The translations under genes were made by a program, and so were the position numbers. Below are positions 12,846-24,570 of a stretch of DNA of 64,000 nt, piece after piece. This DNA comes from Felis catus (taxonomy: Eukaryota), in assembly GCF_018350175.1 (NCBI RefSeq), contig NC_058368.1, positions 178,128,001-178,192,000 on the forward strand. Reading direction: 5' to 3'. Numbering within the stretch: the stretch's first letter is position 1; the number at the start of each line of letters is the position of its first letter. Under the pieces are notes generated by a model. That model was given only the letters and a program-made list of their open reading frames with translations. It had not been told where the DNA came from and ran no database searches.

Positions 12846-13059
12846 TTCTTTCTTTCTTTTTTTTAAGTTCGTTTATTTATTTTGAGAGAGAGCACAAGTG
12901 GGGGGAGGGGCAGAGAGAAGGAGAGACAGAATCCCAAGCAAGCTCAGTGCCATCAGTGCAGATGCTAGATGTGGGGCTCGAACTCACAAACTGTGAGACC
13001 ATGACCTGAGCTGAGATCAAGAGTCAGATGCTTAACAAACTGTGCCACCCAGGTGCCCC
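12846..13059 (-). mobile_element. Can-SINE with 16-bp TSD TGTTAGCCAAGTTTCT
   Basis: TSD at 12830-12845 and 13060-13075. Confidence 0.95.
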
Positions 13060-13938
13060 TGTTAGCCAAGTTTCTGTATTGAGTAGGAGGAGTAACTTCC
13101 AGATGAAAATGGAGATCCAGGTGATGAAGTATGAAATCCTATTCCTTAAGGATTTTAATAAAATTCATGCCATGGGAAGCAGGCCATACATGCAAGATAT
13201 GAACCACTGGACTCTCTAAGTCCACTTGGCTCTTGGCTCTAGTCTGGCTTAGAGAAGAAGAGATAGAACACAGAGACAATGGGTCAACATGCACCTAGGC
13301 GCTCACTCACCTTTTCTGTTCCACCCCCCTTTCCACTTTTCCAAATGGAACTGTTTCTTTAATTTTTGGAAAGATACAATATAAGTAATGAGACTGGATA
13401 ATCAAAAAGCCGTTTTCACATCCAAGTCACTGAAAGCTGTGAGTCATATGCTCCCCCCCTGCCCCCTGCAGATCTCCAAAAAGAAACTGTAATTTTGGAA
13501 CTCAGCCCCGTGGGCCACCAGGAATATTTGTGGGTCACCCAGGAATATTCTTAGGCATAGGTTCTTTGTTAGTAATACGTGATATGACATTTTAATTTTC
13601 TGTGGCCAGAGGCATCTCCCTGCATCTACAACCTCCTAAGATTACCTGGCAGAATAGAGCCGTCTGCTTTCAGACCCATTGATGGCAAAATTCAAAGAAA
13701 GGAGATGATTGTTTATTCTCATGGGAAACTTCCAGATGGAGACTAGAAGTTTACCTGAGCATTTCATTATTTAACTTGCACACTTTCTTCCTTCTACACA
13801 ATTAGACTTTCTTTTAAGTTCATTTCTATTTACTTTTTATTCAGTTCTCTTATTAAGGTGAATAGTAGAACAGCATGTACCTTGTACAAAGCACCTTTTG
13901 AACCTAATAATGACAATCATTATTCAGCATTGCTTTTC

Positions 13939-14155
13939 TTTAAAAAAAAATTTTTTTAATTTATTTATTTTTGAGAGACAGAGAGAGATAGTGAGTGGGG
14001 GAGGGGTAGAGAGAGAAGGAGACACAGAATCCAAAGCAGACTTCGGGCTCTTAGCAAGTTGTCAGCACAGAGCCCAAAGCTTGAACCCACGAGCTGTGAG
14101 ATCATGACCTGAGCCAAAGTCGGACGCTTAACCAACTGAGCCATCCAGGTGCCCC
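13939..14155 (-). mobile_element. Can-SINE with TSD CAGCATTGCTTTTC
   Basis: TSD at 13925-13938 and 14156-14169. Confidence 0.95.
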
Positions 14156-15066
14156 CAGCATTGCTTTTCAAGATGCAAAAGCTCTTTCTTCTTGGACCTG
14201 TTTTTTTGTGATTTTAGTCACATCTGCCATTTTTCTTTGACTTTTTCCATTTCTCTACAACCTTTGTAAAGGTATGATGGCCAGAATTTGGCCATCATAT
14301 ACATACACATATACATGTACATATATGTACATATATATACACATACACATAAATTTTCTACAAAAGTTATTGGAAATTATGTATACTATATATTTCTAAA
14401 TTATTCAAAAAAACATGAAACATGTTTTCAAATGTTCTCTCCTTCTTTAAAGTCATTGGTACAACACATAAAGTACAGTGACCATATAATGGCATATAAT
14501 TCCCTGTATGACTCAACTTAAAAAATGTATACCAAAAAGCAAGGATCGTTGGCAGTAATGAATTATGGACTGATCAAAATTAGTTGTGGGCCAGCAGCTG
14601 AGAAGAATGCTCTGTAAGAGCATTAATATAATGTAAAGCATGGAGGAAGGACCACATCTCAATCCTGGTTGTCTAACTGTCCCTAAGTATAGGTTGTCCC
14701 TAAACATTCCTGGCACCAAAAGCCTTACTATACATTTTCTCCTAATGGTACCCCCCTGTATTATCTAATCGTTGTCAGCTTGTACTCTGTTGTAATCTCC
14801 AGCTCTTTTGTGCTATGCTCATTTCTCCATCTCTCCTTGTCTTTCATTGGAAATTAACCTTCTGTCATTTGCTATTGAATACCATATACTAACATATATA
14901 TATTTTATATATTGAGAATATTGATATTCCCCACATCGAGGTAATTAAAAACCATATTTCCATGACTTAGAATTTTCTCATCCTTACATAGTTTCACGTA
15001 TTTGAAAATTTGATATGGTTAGTCTTGGTATTTTCACCCAAGAAATATTTTGAATAAAGTGGGTCT

Positions 15067-15282
15067 AGGGGTGCCTGGGTGGCGCAGTCGGTTAAGCGTC
15101 CGACTTCAGCCAGGTCACGGTCTCGCGGTCCGTGAGTTCGAGCCCCGCGTCAGGCTCTGGGCTGATGGCTCAGAGCCTGGAGCCTGCTTCCGATTCTGTG
15201 TCTCCCTCTCTCTCTGCCCCTCCCCCGTTCATGCTCTGTCTCTCTGTCCCAAAAATAAATAAACGTTAAAAAAAAAAAAAAT
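15067..15282 (+). mobile_element. Young felid SINE (SINEC_Fc-type), TSD TAAAGTGGGTCT
   Basis: CpG-rich intact A/B boxes, clean poly(A), TSD 15055-15066 / 15283-15294. Confidence 0.95.
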
Positions 15283-15839
15283 TAAAGTGGGTCTTGGGAG
15301 TGATCTGAGTAGGTAGGATACATGGAGCAGATCTAAAATTTTAGGAGTTTTTTTTTATGAGAACTCTGATGCTGTAGCCTACCTAAGTTTCAGAGTGGTA
15401 CACAATTCAAGAATTTTCCCCCAAATATATTCTCAAACTTTAAAGATACTATTCAACAGAAAAGGAAAAGTGAATTCCAAAGCCATGAAGAAGGCTTGGA
15501 AGGGAATCTGGCATTTTCTGAGAATTGAATCTTTCGGTATCACCAGGCTCAGCTATTTAACTATAAGGCAAGTGTTGTGGTGGAGCGATCTCAAAGAAAT
15601 ATCCACTGTGCCCCCACTGTTTATCTTCCTTGGTAGGAAGTAGTAGGGGTATGTGTATGTATGTGTGTATACGCACGTGTGAATGTATCTGTGTGCTGTC
15701 TGCAGTGGGAGGAACATGAAGACGTTAAGAGTGCGAGCCCACTGAATTTGCACTATGATGTATACCTTTTCCAAGGGGGATTTTACAATACTCATTCTAC
15801 AGATGACCACTTGATTTGGTGGGTAGCTAATATGGCATG

Positions 15840-15845
15840 TTTATT
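15840..15845 (-). terminator. GABRP: Probable GABRP polyadenylation signal AATAAA (3'UTR ~15820-17597)
   Basis: Plus-strand TTTATT; gives a ~1.75 kb 3'UTR, consistent with the ~3.3 kb human mRNA. Confidence 0.65.
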
Positions 15846-17597
15846 TCACAGTTGCACACTTTACAGCTTTTTAAAAATATATATAATGCCTGAACAGGGT
15901 TTCAGAGCAGATATTTCCTTTTAAACTTTTTTTTTAAATCACAAATATGATTGGGCCATGCAACCACGTTCCACCTCGTTTAATTCCTTTGCATTAGAAC
16001 ATTATGTTAAAAGCTCACTAGACACTGAATTGTAAGAATTATCAAAAAGAGAAAAAGAATGAGAGCCTATGGTACAGGAGGTTATAGAAGAGAGAAGCCA
16101 TGGTTTCTTTCTGAAAGAAAAGGTAAAGGCATACATTTTCTGAAAGAAAAGGTAAAGGCACAACAAAAGAAGTTAGAGAATTAAAGATGGCAGGATTCTT
16201 TTTATGCAGCTTGAGGCTGAACTGACATCTCAGGGGTGAGCAATGCACAAAAAACTTTCCATGATGTTCCACCATCTTGGCGCCTCCCTCATGGCATGCT
16301 GACAAGTCTCCACTTTTAATGCTGTTGGCTGAGCTTGACCAAGGAGCAAGGATGCACATAATGTGCTTCTTGTGTCAGAGTGAGAGTGGCTGGACTGGGA
16401 AAAGATAGCTCATCTGCAGCCTGCACGTATATTCTGGAACAAGTCCCATTGTTACTCAGAAAGTTCAGGACTCTAGGCCAACATTCTCCTACTCATGCTG
16501 GAAAAGCTACTCAGAGTAGTCCAGCTAGAAGGATTGGGGTTCTGAGCAAGACCAAGCTTGTTGTAAGCCACTTCTTTCTTGGTAATGCAGCTCATTATCT
16601 GATAAGCATCCCTCCTAGTCATTAGAGTATAGGGTTAAGAGCTCCTCTTGGAAGGATGCAGGAGATCTGCTGCTTGGAACGTGGTGCTCAGTGTCAGAGT
16701 AGCAGATAGAAATGGACTCAATTCTGCATGTATTGTTGGCCGCAGCTCTTAGTAAGACTCCTTAGAATAAGTTTTTTAAACAATCTTCCATTTCTATCCC
16801 TGATGTGGGGAAAGGGCTTCAGCATTGTTGAGCACTGGTGTATGTATAATAGTAAAATGATAAGACATATCAGATGGGAGAGTAAAGCCCCAGAGCCCTT
16901 TCAGTTTGGATTCAGGGGAATCCATTATATCTTAGAAACAAATTTGCATTTGAGATTGTTGATCTATTAATGTTTTCTTAATTTACATGTGATTTTTTAG
17001 TCATAGAACTTATTGGAGTTTGGGGACCGTTCTGCTGTAGTATGAAATACTGTATTAAAGACTCATCTTGGTATTGAGTTAGTGCAGTGACTTTCAGTGA
17101 ATTGACTTAGGCCCACATTTCATTTTAATCAAAACAAAAACTAGAAAGTGTTACTCCCTAAATAGGTAACAATACATTTTATAACCACTGCAGAGATTTA
17201 GTAAATAGCACATATGATTAATTTAGAAACAACCCCTGGCACTTGAGGGTTACTCAATACATATAATAGTTTCCTTCTCATTTTTTTATATGAGGTAAAT
17301 GCAGACCAGGGAGTCACTGAGCAAATAGTCAACCCTGAGTAGGTTTGTAATCTTAGGCTCCATGGGGATGTCTTTGGTAAAGATAAAAAAGGAATGACTT
17401 GTTATTTCTATTATAAGACTCTGTAATGCTAGGACTTCTACACAGCTTAAATAACGGGTAGGGGAATATTCTTTGAGGAGAAATGCTCAGATGCTATCTA
17501 CTCACTTGTTTAGCACGCACACTTGGCTTCGAAAACTGCTTGCATCATTACTTTGTTCTTTTGAAGAACCATGTCATGCAAACAATTCAGCATACTC

Positions 17598-17900
17598 TCA
17601 AAAATACATGTAGTATGCCCAGTAAAATACATTGGCTAGCATAAAAATCAAAGGAAATAGTAATTTGGAATAGCGATCAACATTACTGGGGTTTTGAATT
17701 GTGAAATAATCAACAATCCTGCCCATCTTATCTCGGAAGACAAACTTGAACTTGTCACTGGTTTTCATGGTCAAGTCACTATAGTCAACATTATCACCGG
17801 AAATTTCAATGCTGGCAAAGCTGATCTTCCGTTTAAAGCTGGAGATGGAGCTGTTGATAATGTTAGTAATATTGACTTCTTCCACTTCCTTCGCTGTCCC
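17598..17900 (-). CDS. GABRP: GABRP exon 10 coding part (intracellular loop and M4, ends ...[13 protein letters not shown])
   Basis: tctag|GGG ACA GCG AAG; TGA at 17600-17598; 303 nt; spliced CDS totals 1323 nt = 440 aa, the length of human GABRP. Confidence 0.98.
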   Translation of the reverse strand, partial: GTAKEVEEVNITNIINSSISSFKRKISFASIEISGDNVDYSDLTMKTSDKFKFVFRDKMGRIVDYFTIQNPSNVDRYSKLLFPLIFMLANVFYWAYYMYF

Positions 17901-18802
17901 CTAGATCATAGACAACGCGGTCAGCTTGAAAGATTCGACTTAGCAAAATAAATAAGCAGGTATTTATATAATTAGAAGCCTAAGTATTGAATAATTAGGT
18001 TTAATAGAAAGTGGCATTGAGTGCCTCAGTAATTGGCTAGTGAGCCGGACTTGGCAGTCCTGTTATCCTGCTTAGAGGCACCTATCCCTAGGTCCTCAGC
18101 TTGTATAAGGGGACGAATAACCATTGCCTTCTATTGATATGCAGAGCTGTGTGCTGAATGCTCAGCCTTTGAAGTTAGCTGATCTGGGTTCAAATTCCAT
18201 TCTGCCTCTTGCTACTATGAAATTTCAGTCACCTTAATCCCTTTAAAACTCAGTTTCCTTGCCTACAAAATGGTGATGATATTAATATTAATATTTACCT
18301 CATGAGACGGATGGGAAGATGGTATAAATTATGTAAAGCATTTAGTAGGTGTTTGATGAGTCCCATTCTGTCTCAGTGAGGAAGGATTAATTATGAGAGA
18401 TGACAGAAATCAACAGTGTCTAAAAGTCTCTGCCACACAAACAGAAATAGTGATGCTGCTTACAATTCCAGGGAATTGTCATTCTCCAACATGCCTGGAA
18501 CGGCATAGCATATGGGGAGTGTACTGAAGTCAGAGAGAGTGGAGTTTGGATCCTTGGCCAGGCTACTGACTAGCTGTGAGGTCTTACTGAGCAGCAGATT
18601 CCTCAACAGTAAATTTGGAATAACAGTGGTGGCCATCTGATAGGCTGTTGGGTGGACTAAATGAGACGTTCAGCACATAGCCACTACTCTGTAGTGAAGC
18701 TATTCTTATACACACAGCCAAATAAGGGCTTTCTGGTGTCTTCCATGAAGGATCTTAGTAATTCTCCATATCCCTTTTTGCCAATCTACCAAATTCAGAT
18801 TT

Positions 18803-18825
18803 TTGTTGTTGTTGTTGTTGTTGTT
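18803..18825. repeat. (TTG)n microsatellite
   Basis: Directly visible. Confidence 0.9.
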
Positions 18826-19608
18826 ATTAACCATTTTCCCCTTAAGGAAGCCTATAGAGAGCAAAATGAGTGAAATCCATATTCTTCTTTGGCTGGCACA
18901 TAGAATCATTTGCCTTTGGTACTTGGGTAATATGACTGTGTGAAACGTTGCTCACGAGTCAAACATAAGGGAGCAGGCAACTGGGTCTTTGGGCTGTTCG
19001 GATTCCTTTCTGATACCCTTCCTGGGTTGTTAGGAGTATTTTAAATGATCTAATATTTGCAAAGGGCTTATGACTGTCTGGCACATGTAAATGTTCAATT
19101 GATAATAATGATTGTTATTATTCTGAGAGCTGGACCACAGTGTTTCACTGCTAATTCAGATAATGGCAGTCTTTCCCTGTTAGCAGAAATATAGGCTAAT
19201 CGAGAAATTTGCCACAATTTAAATGTTTTCATACATTTTCAGTAAACCATTACTTGTATAATTTAAAAAAACAAAAATGTAACAAAATAATTAAATAGTA
19301 ATTGCATATTAATATGAAACTTGTAAGCAGCTGATCACATTTGGTTTGATATTGGGTTTTTCATGGATGCTTGTGATTTCATGTTGCATACAGATAACAA
19401 GTGATTTGCTGCTAGAAAATTAAACATGTTAATATCCCATTGTACTTGACAAAAAGAGCAGTCTTTTTCAAAAGGTGTCACGACTTCCAGATGCCTCCAC
19501 CTGAACAGGGATGAGAATCACTGGGGATAGGAACCAGTCGGGGTCCTCTCTACAGACCAGCACATGGCAAGTGATGAATCATATATACAGGGCCCTCAAA
19601 ATTCTTAC

Positions 19609-19796
19609 CCTGTCTTTGGCTGCCATCTGCTGTAAAGAGCTGTAGTGGGCAACTGCGTATTCCAATAGGGCCCCAAACACGAAGCTAAAGCAGATTCCCA
19701 GGTACACATCGATGGCCTTTATGAAACAGTTGGTGTTAGGAAGAGAAGTGCGGGACCCGATCATCAGTGTTGTCATTGACAGTACGGTGGTCACTC
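19609..19796 (-). CDS. GABRP: GABRP exon 9 ([15 protein letters not shown]...[26 protein letters not shown]...KDR): M2-M3
   Basis: cccag|GA...AGG|gtaaga; 188 nt. Confidence 0.98.
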
Positions 19797-20116
19797 CTGG
19801 GAAAACAGGTAGGCAATGTTCCCACATCAGTGGCCAGTGAACCTTTCACCTTTACCTGGCAGACCGTCACCATTCAGAACTTGGCAAGGGGGACAGGACT
19901 CAGAAATGGAACAGCTCATTTTGAAAAATCTGCAGTCTTCTAGAGCAGGGTTGATTTGTCCATTTTGAATGGATATGAGTGATATTGTTTTCTAAGTGTT
20001 GCATCTTCTGTCTTCCCATTAGAGGGGGTGTTCAGTATGTAAGATAACTGGCAATAGACATCCAATCACAATTCTCCCTTATCACTGTAAAACATGTTTA
20101 AAAATGTAGTACCTCA

Positions 20117-20174
20117 CTCTCTGTCTCTGTCTCTGTTTCTGTCTCTGTCTCTCTGTCTGTCTCTTTCTCTCTGT
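20117..20174. repeat. (TCTCTG)n-like repeat in intron 8
   Basis: Directly visible. Confidence 0.85.
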
Positions 20175-20315
20175 GAAAGAATCTTTCAAGAAACCAACTC
20201 CTGGAACTGCCCTGTGAATATCAGTGAAAAAAAAAAAAACCTGGTAGAAGGTGAAAAGAAACCAAAAAGGACCTGTTAGGCCAGTTCTTAGAAATCTCCT
20301 GTTGGAGCTGCTTAC

Positions 20316-20468
20316 CGATACAGGTTCTTGCAGGAACTGAATCAAGGGAAATCCAAAATGAAACCCAGGATAACACCACCAGGAAAGTGGAAGGAACATA
20401 GGTTTCCAAAATAAAATACAGGACATTCCTCCGAAGCTCAAATTGCAAGACCAGTCGTGTATAATTTC
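20316..20468 (-). CDS. GABRP: GABRP exon 8 ([50 protein letters not shown]): M1 and start of M2
   Basis: atcag|GA...G|gtaagc; 153 nt; anion-channel PAR motif. Confidence 0.98.
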
Positions 20469-20875
20469 CTGATAGGGTAAATAAGAGATAGGAAATAATG
20501 TCTGCTCACATAGCAGAGTGGTTTCCCTTCGGGACGTTTAACTTAGCTATATTCACATTAAGCTATCTGTTATACACCAAAACCTAATTAAGCATGAACT
20601 GTCATTACAGTTTCAATGAAAGAAATTGCTGTTGTATAGAATGGGATTTATAGGGGTACTGGTACTCCCACCCGTGATCCTTTTCTTGTGCCTTTCTCCA
20701 TCATAGTATTCCTGTAGCATTATACCTGCTGGCTTCTTTGACATCTACCTCACTAGACTGGGAGCCCTTTGGGGGCCATGTCAATACTGGGCATGAAGCA
20801 GGTATTAGTGCCCGGCCCAAACCCTATGGCCCTACCACACTGTGGAGGCATTCCTGGCCACAAAGAGATACACTA

Positions 20876-21087
20876 GGGGCGCCTGGGTGGCTCAGTCGGT
20901 TAAGCGTCCGACTTCAGCCAGGTCACGATCTCGCGGTCCGTGAGTTCGAGCCCCGCGTCGGGCTCTGGGCTGATGGCTCAGAGCCTGGAGCCTGCTTCCG
21001 ATTCTGTGTCTCCCTCTCTCTCTGCCCCTCCCCCGTTCATGCTCTGTCTCTCTTTGTCTCAAAAATAATAAATAAACGTTAAAAAAA
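20876..21087 (+). mobile_element. Young felid SINE (SINEC_Fc-type) in GABRP intron 7, antisense to the gene
   Basis: Nearly identical to the 15067 copy; TSD AAAGAGATA(C/A)ACTA. Confidence 0.95.
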
Positions 21088-21175
21088 AAAGAGATAAACT
21101 AGAGAAGAAATCGTATTTTTGACTCAAAATGCAACGCCGTTATTTTGCTTTTGTACAAAGTGTCTCCCAAGTTAC

Positions 21176-21313
21176 CTGTTTCCTGCTGTGATCTGGTGAC
21201 TAAGGTGAAATACCGTTGTATGGTGTACTGAGCAAGACGCAGGTTTTCCAGCCCACGCACCGAGTCGTTCCCTCTCAGCCAGCTGAACTCCACATCGTTC
21301 CCATCGTAACCCC
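21176..21313 (-). CDS. GABRP: GABRP exon 7 ([46 protein letters not shown])
   Basis: gccag|GG...G|gtaac; 138 nt, phase 1-1. Confidence 0.98.
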
Positions 21314-22309
21314 CTGGCAAGTCAAACAGTGCAAGTCAATGCAGGGAGGCAGCAGATTGAACTCGTCTGGAAAATGCTACAATATGGGGGCAACAGGAGA
21401 TCTACCTCGATGGTGCTAAGTCCAAGGATGATCCCATGCAAAACTTGGCATGATTTCTCACATGCGGTTGCTGCATCTGCTTAGAATAGGATGAGCTGCT
21501 AGGCTATTTGCCATCAATTGAAAACCGGTTCTATGCTAAGCATTATTTAGACTTGGTGGATGATAGGCCTCTGGAAGTGGCCATCCTCATTATTGAAATG
21601 ATATTTATTGAGCTCCTGTCTGTGCACACACACAGCTCTATGTTACATGGTGCCCTTCAGGACAATCTAGCAGCTCTGAATATGTTCTCAGAGACTTCAC
21701 AATCGGTCTGTTCTTATTTCCATATTGGCTAAAATGCAAAAACAGAAGACAAGAAACCTACCACTAGCCACTTTATTGATGTCTGTTAACATAGGCATTT
21801 GGTAAATCTCAAAGCAGTTTTACTAATATAGTCCATAATAGTAATAATAGCTACCTTTTATGAAACATTTATGGTGAGTCTTTTACACCTTATATCTCTA
21901 ATATGCTCACAGACTTGCAAGGTAGACATTTATATATTTCTTCAGTAAAAAAATTTTTTTACATTTTTTGAAATTGGGATGGATCTTAGAGTTGATACAT
22001 ACATATATATATATATAAAGTAGAGCTTACATTTTTTCCTAAAATGTTATTCAATAAATGCTGTACCTTAGAATCAAGGAATTGTAATGTCTTGCCCATT
22101 TTATACATGAAAATTCTCAGATTCAGAGAGATTGCTCAACTTTCTCAGTATAGCAGGGCAAGTTAATAACAAAGCCAGGATGGTACCTCAGGAAAGTCTA
22201 AACCCAAAACCCATGGACAATGATGGTGATGATAATATCTATCATTTAGTAAGCAATGGCATTTCTAAGTGCTTTACAATATTATCATCTCATTTAATCC
22301 TCAGAATAG

Positions 22310-23325
22310 CTCTTTGAGAAGACAGATGAGTGGTTAATAAGCACATGAAAAGATGTTCGACATCATTAACCATTAGGGGAAAGCAAATCAAAATCACAGG
22401 AAGATACCACTTCACACCCGTAAGAATGGCTGTCATGAAAAAGACAGACAATAACCAGTGATGAGAACGTGGAGAAACTGGAACATCCCTGGTGGGACCG
22501 TAAAATGGTGCAACCATTTTGGAAAACAGTTTGGCAGCTTCTTGAAAGGTTGAACATAAATTTACTGTTTGATCCAGCATTCCACTCCTAAGCATCTGCC
22601 CAGGAGAAATCAAATCATGTCCACAAAAAGCTTGTACACAAATGTTCACAGTGGCATTATTCTTAATAACTGCAGGGTGGAACCAAGCCAAAAGGACTTG
22701 TATTACTTGTACTCTTTCATATGGAATAACGAGAAATAAAGCAATAGAAAGGAATGACGTACTGATCCATGCTCCAACATGTATGAGCCTCAAAAACACG
22801 CTAAGTGAAGGAAGCCAGATGCAAAAGACCACATGGTGCATTGATTCCATTTGTATGAAATATCCAGAAAAAGCAAATCCTTTTTTTTTATTGTTTTTTT
22901 AACGTTTATTTATTTTTGAGACAGAGAGAGACAGAGCATGAATGGGGGAGGGTCAGAGAGAGGGATACACAGAGTCTGAAACAGCCTCCAGGCTCTGAGC
23001 TGTCAGCACAGAGCCCGACGGGGGGCTCGAACTCACAGACCACGAGATCATGACCTGAGCCGAAGTCAGCCGCCCACAGAAAAAGCAAATCCATAGAGAC
23101 AGAAAGTAGATTAGTGGTTAACTGGGCGTGGGGGTGGGGTGGCGGCAATGGGAGAGACTGCAAATGTACACAAGGGATCTTTTTGGTTGATGGAAATGTT
23201 CTAACAATGAAATGTGGCAGTGGTTGCATAACTGGGCAGATTTGCCCAAAATCTTTGAACTTCACACTTAAAAGGGCTGAATTTTGTGGTATGTACATTT
23301 TACCTCAATAAAGCTGTTAAAAAAT
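22310..23325 (+). mobile_element. Old L1 (L1M-type) 3' fragment: ORF2 C-terminal remnant plus 3'UTR, interrupted by a SINE
   Basis: Typical ...CACATGAAAAGATGTTC...GGAAAACAGTTTGGCAG...CCTCAATAAAGCTGTTAAAAAA. Confidence 0.9.
22881..23076 (-). mobile_element. Can-SINE lacking its 5' head, nested in L1, TSD CAGAAAAAGCAAATCC
   Basis: 16-bp TSD at 22865-22880 and 23077-23092. Confidence 0.93.
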
Positions 23326-24518
23326 AACTCTCTAAGTCAGACAGTATTATTTTTCCTTCTTCACAAGTGAGGAAACTGGGGTCAGGAGAGGTTAGTTCTA
23401 CTCACCCAGAGTCACAGCTAGTGACAGGAAAAACCCACTGATTTTGGTACCTGCGATCTTAACCATGGAAGTGTATTGCCTTCATTTTCCCAGGCTACTG
23501 GGAAGAGGGATGCCAGTGTTGGGACTAACATTTTGTTAAGTCTTAGCTTGTAGTATCCACTGTTTAACAGTGGTTATCTTCCCTCCATAGGGCAGAGAAG
23601 TGGTCATGGGTTCTTAGAGGATTTCCAGGTAAAAATTGTCTGTGGGTGTTCTCTCAGAACCACCCCCAAATGTACTGATGTTAGCTGTGCAAATATGCCT
23701 AGAAGCCCAGAGAAATACAAAATAGCTAAAAAATGTGAGTCATACAAGCTTCTACCTAGACACCGTACTTTTACAAGTATTAAAATGCTCACAATCATGG
23801 CATTATCATTGCTCTGGTGGGATGGTAGCAATTCTTTTCTAGGGATGGTGTTCAGGAAAAAACACCCTCAGTGAGGTTTCTGTACCCAAATAACTGCTAA
23901 GAAACACTCAGTGAATGCTTCCCCTGTTCACTGGGGATGGTATTTGTGCAAGCAGAGTGCTGGAGTTTCCAGGAGAATCTCACTCCTGGGATTTGAGATG
24001 AGCACAGCCATACATGGAGGGCAATTACTTTTTCCATGTGGGGTTGAAAATGAGTTCTCTTTTTGATATCCTCAAGTTTTATTCTGCCCCCAAATAGCTG
24101 TATTGCTTTAAGTAGGTTTTTCATGTATTTAATCAATAAGGTAATTAATCTGCCTGTCTGAGTCTTTAATTAAATGTCTACTTCTGAAAAATGACTACTG
24201 CCTCATAATGGTTGTGCTTCTTGGATGTTGACCACGTGTCTCCTCATGTAAGACGTGCCTACTGATGTCCAGTGCTTGACTATGGTTTTTCCTCCTGACA
24301 CAAGCCATCCCTTGATGCCTTGATAACTCCTCTCTGAGCCATTGTTTTCCTAGGACACCGGTCACAGGTACACTTTCCCAAGTTTGGTGGGCATTTCAGA
24401 ACAATGGATATTACTCAACAATGCCATTTGACACACATCAACTTAGAATAAATGCTCATTCTTCATCATAAATCCCCAGACTGCAGTTTGAATTCCCATT
24501 ACTGGCATCACTGTATTA

Positions 24519-24522
<4 letters not shown>

Positions 24523-24568
<46 letters not shown>
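24523..24568. repeat. (AC)23 microsatellite in intron 6
   Basis: Perfect dinucleotide run. Confidence 0.97.

Positions 24569-24570
<2 letters not shown>

Noticed and set aside
15067..15145. tRNA-like A/B-box sequences here and in the other SINE heads
   Set aside because: These are SINE heads followed by a CT tract, poly(A) and TSD, not tRNA genes
22290..22850. 186-aa minus-strand ORF
   Set aside because: Antisense reading of an L1 ORF2/3'UTR remnant, a common spurious ORF
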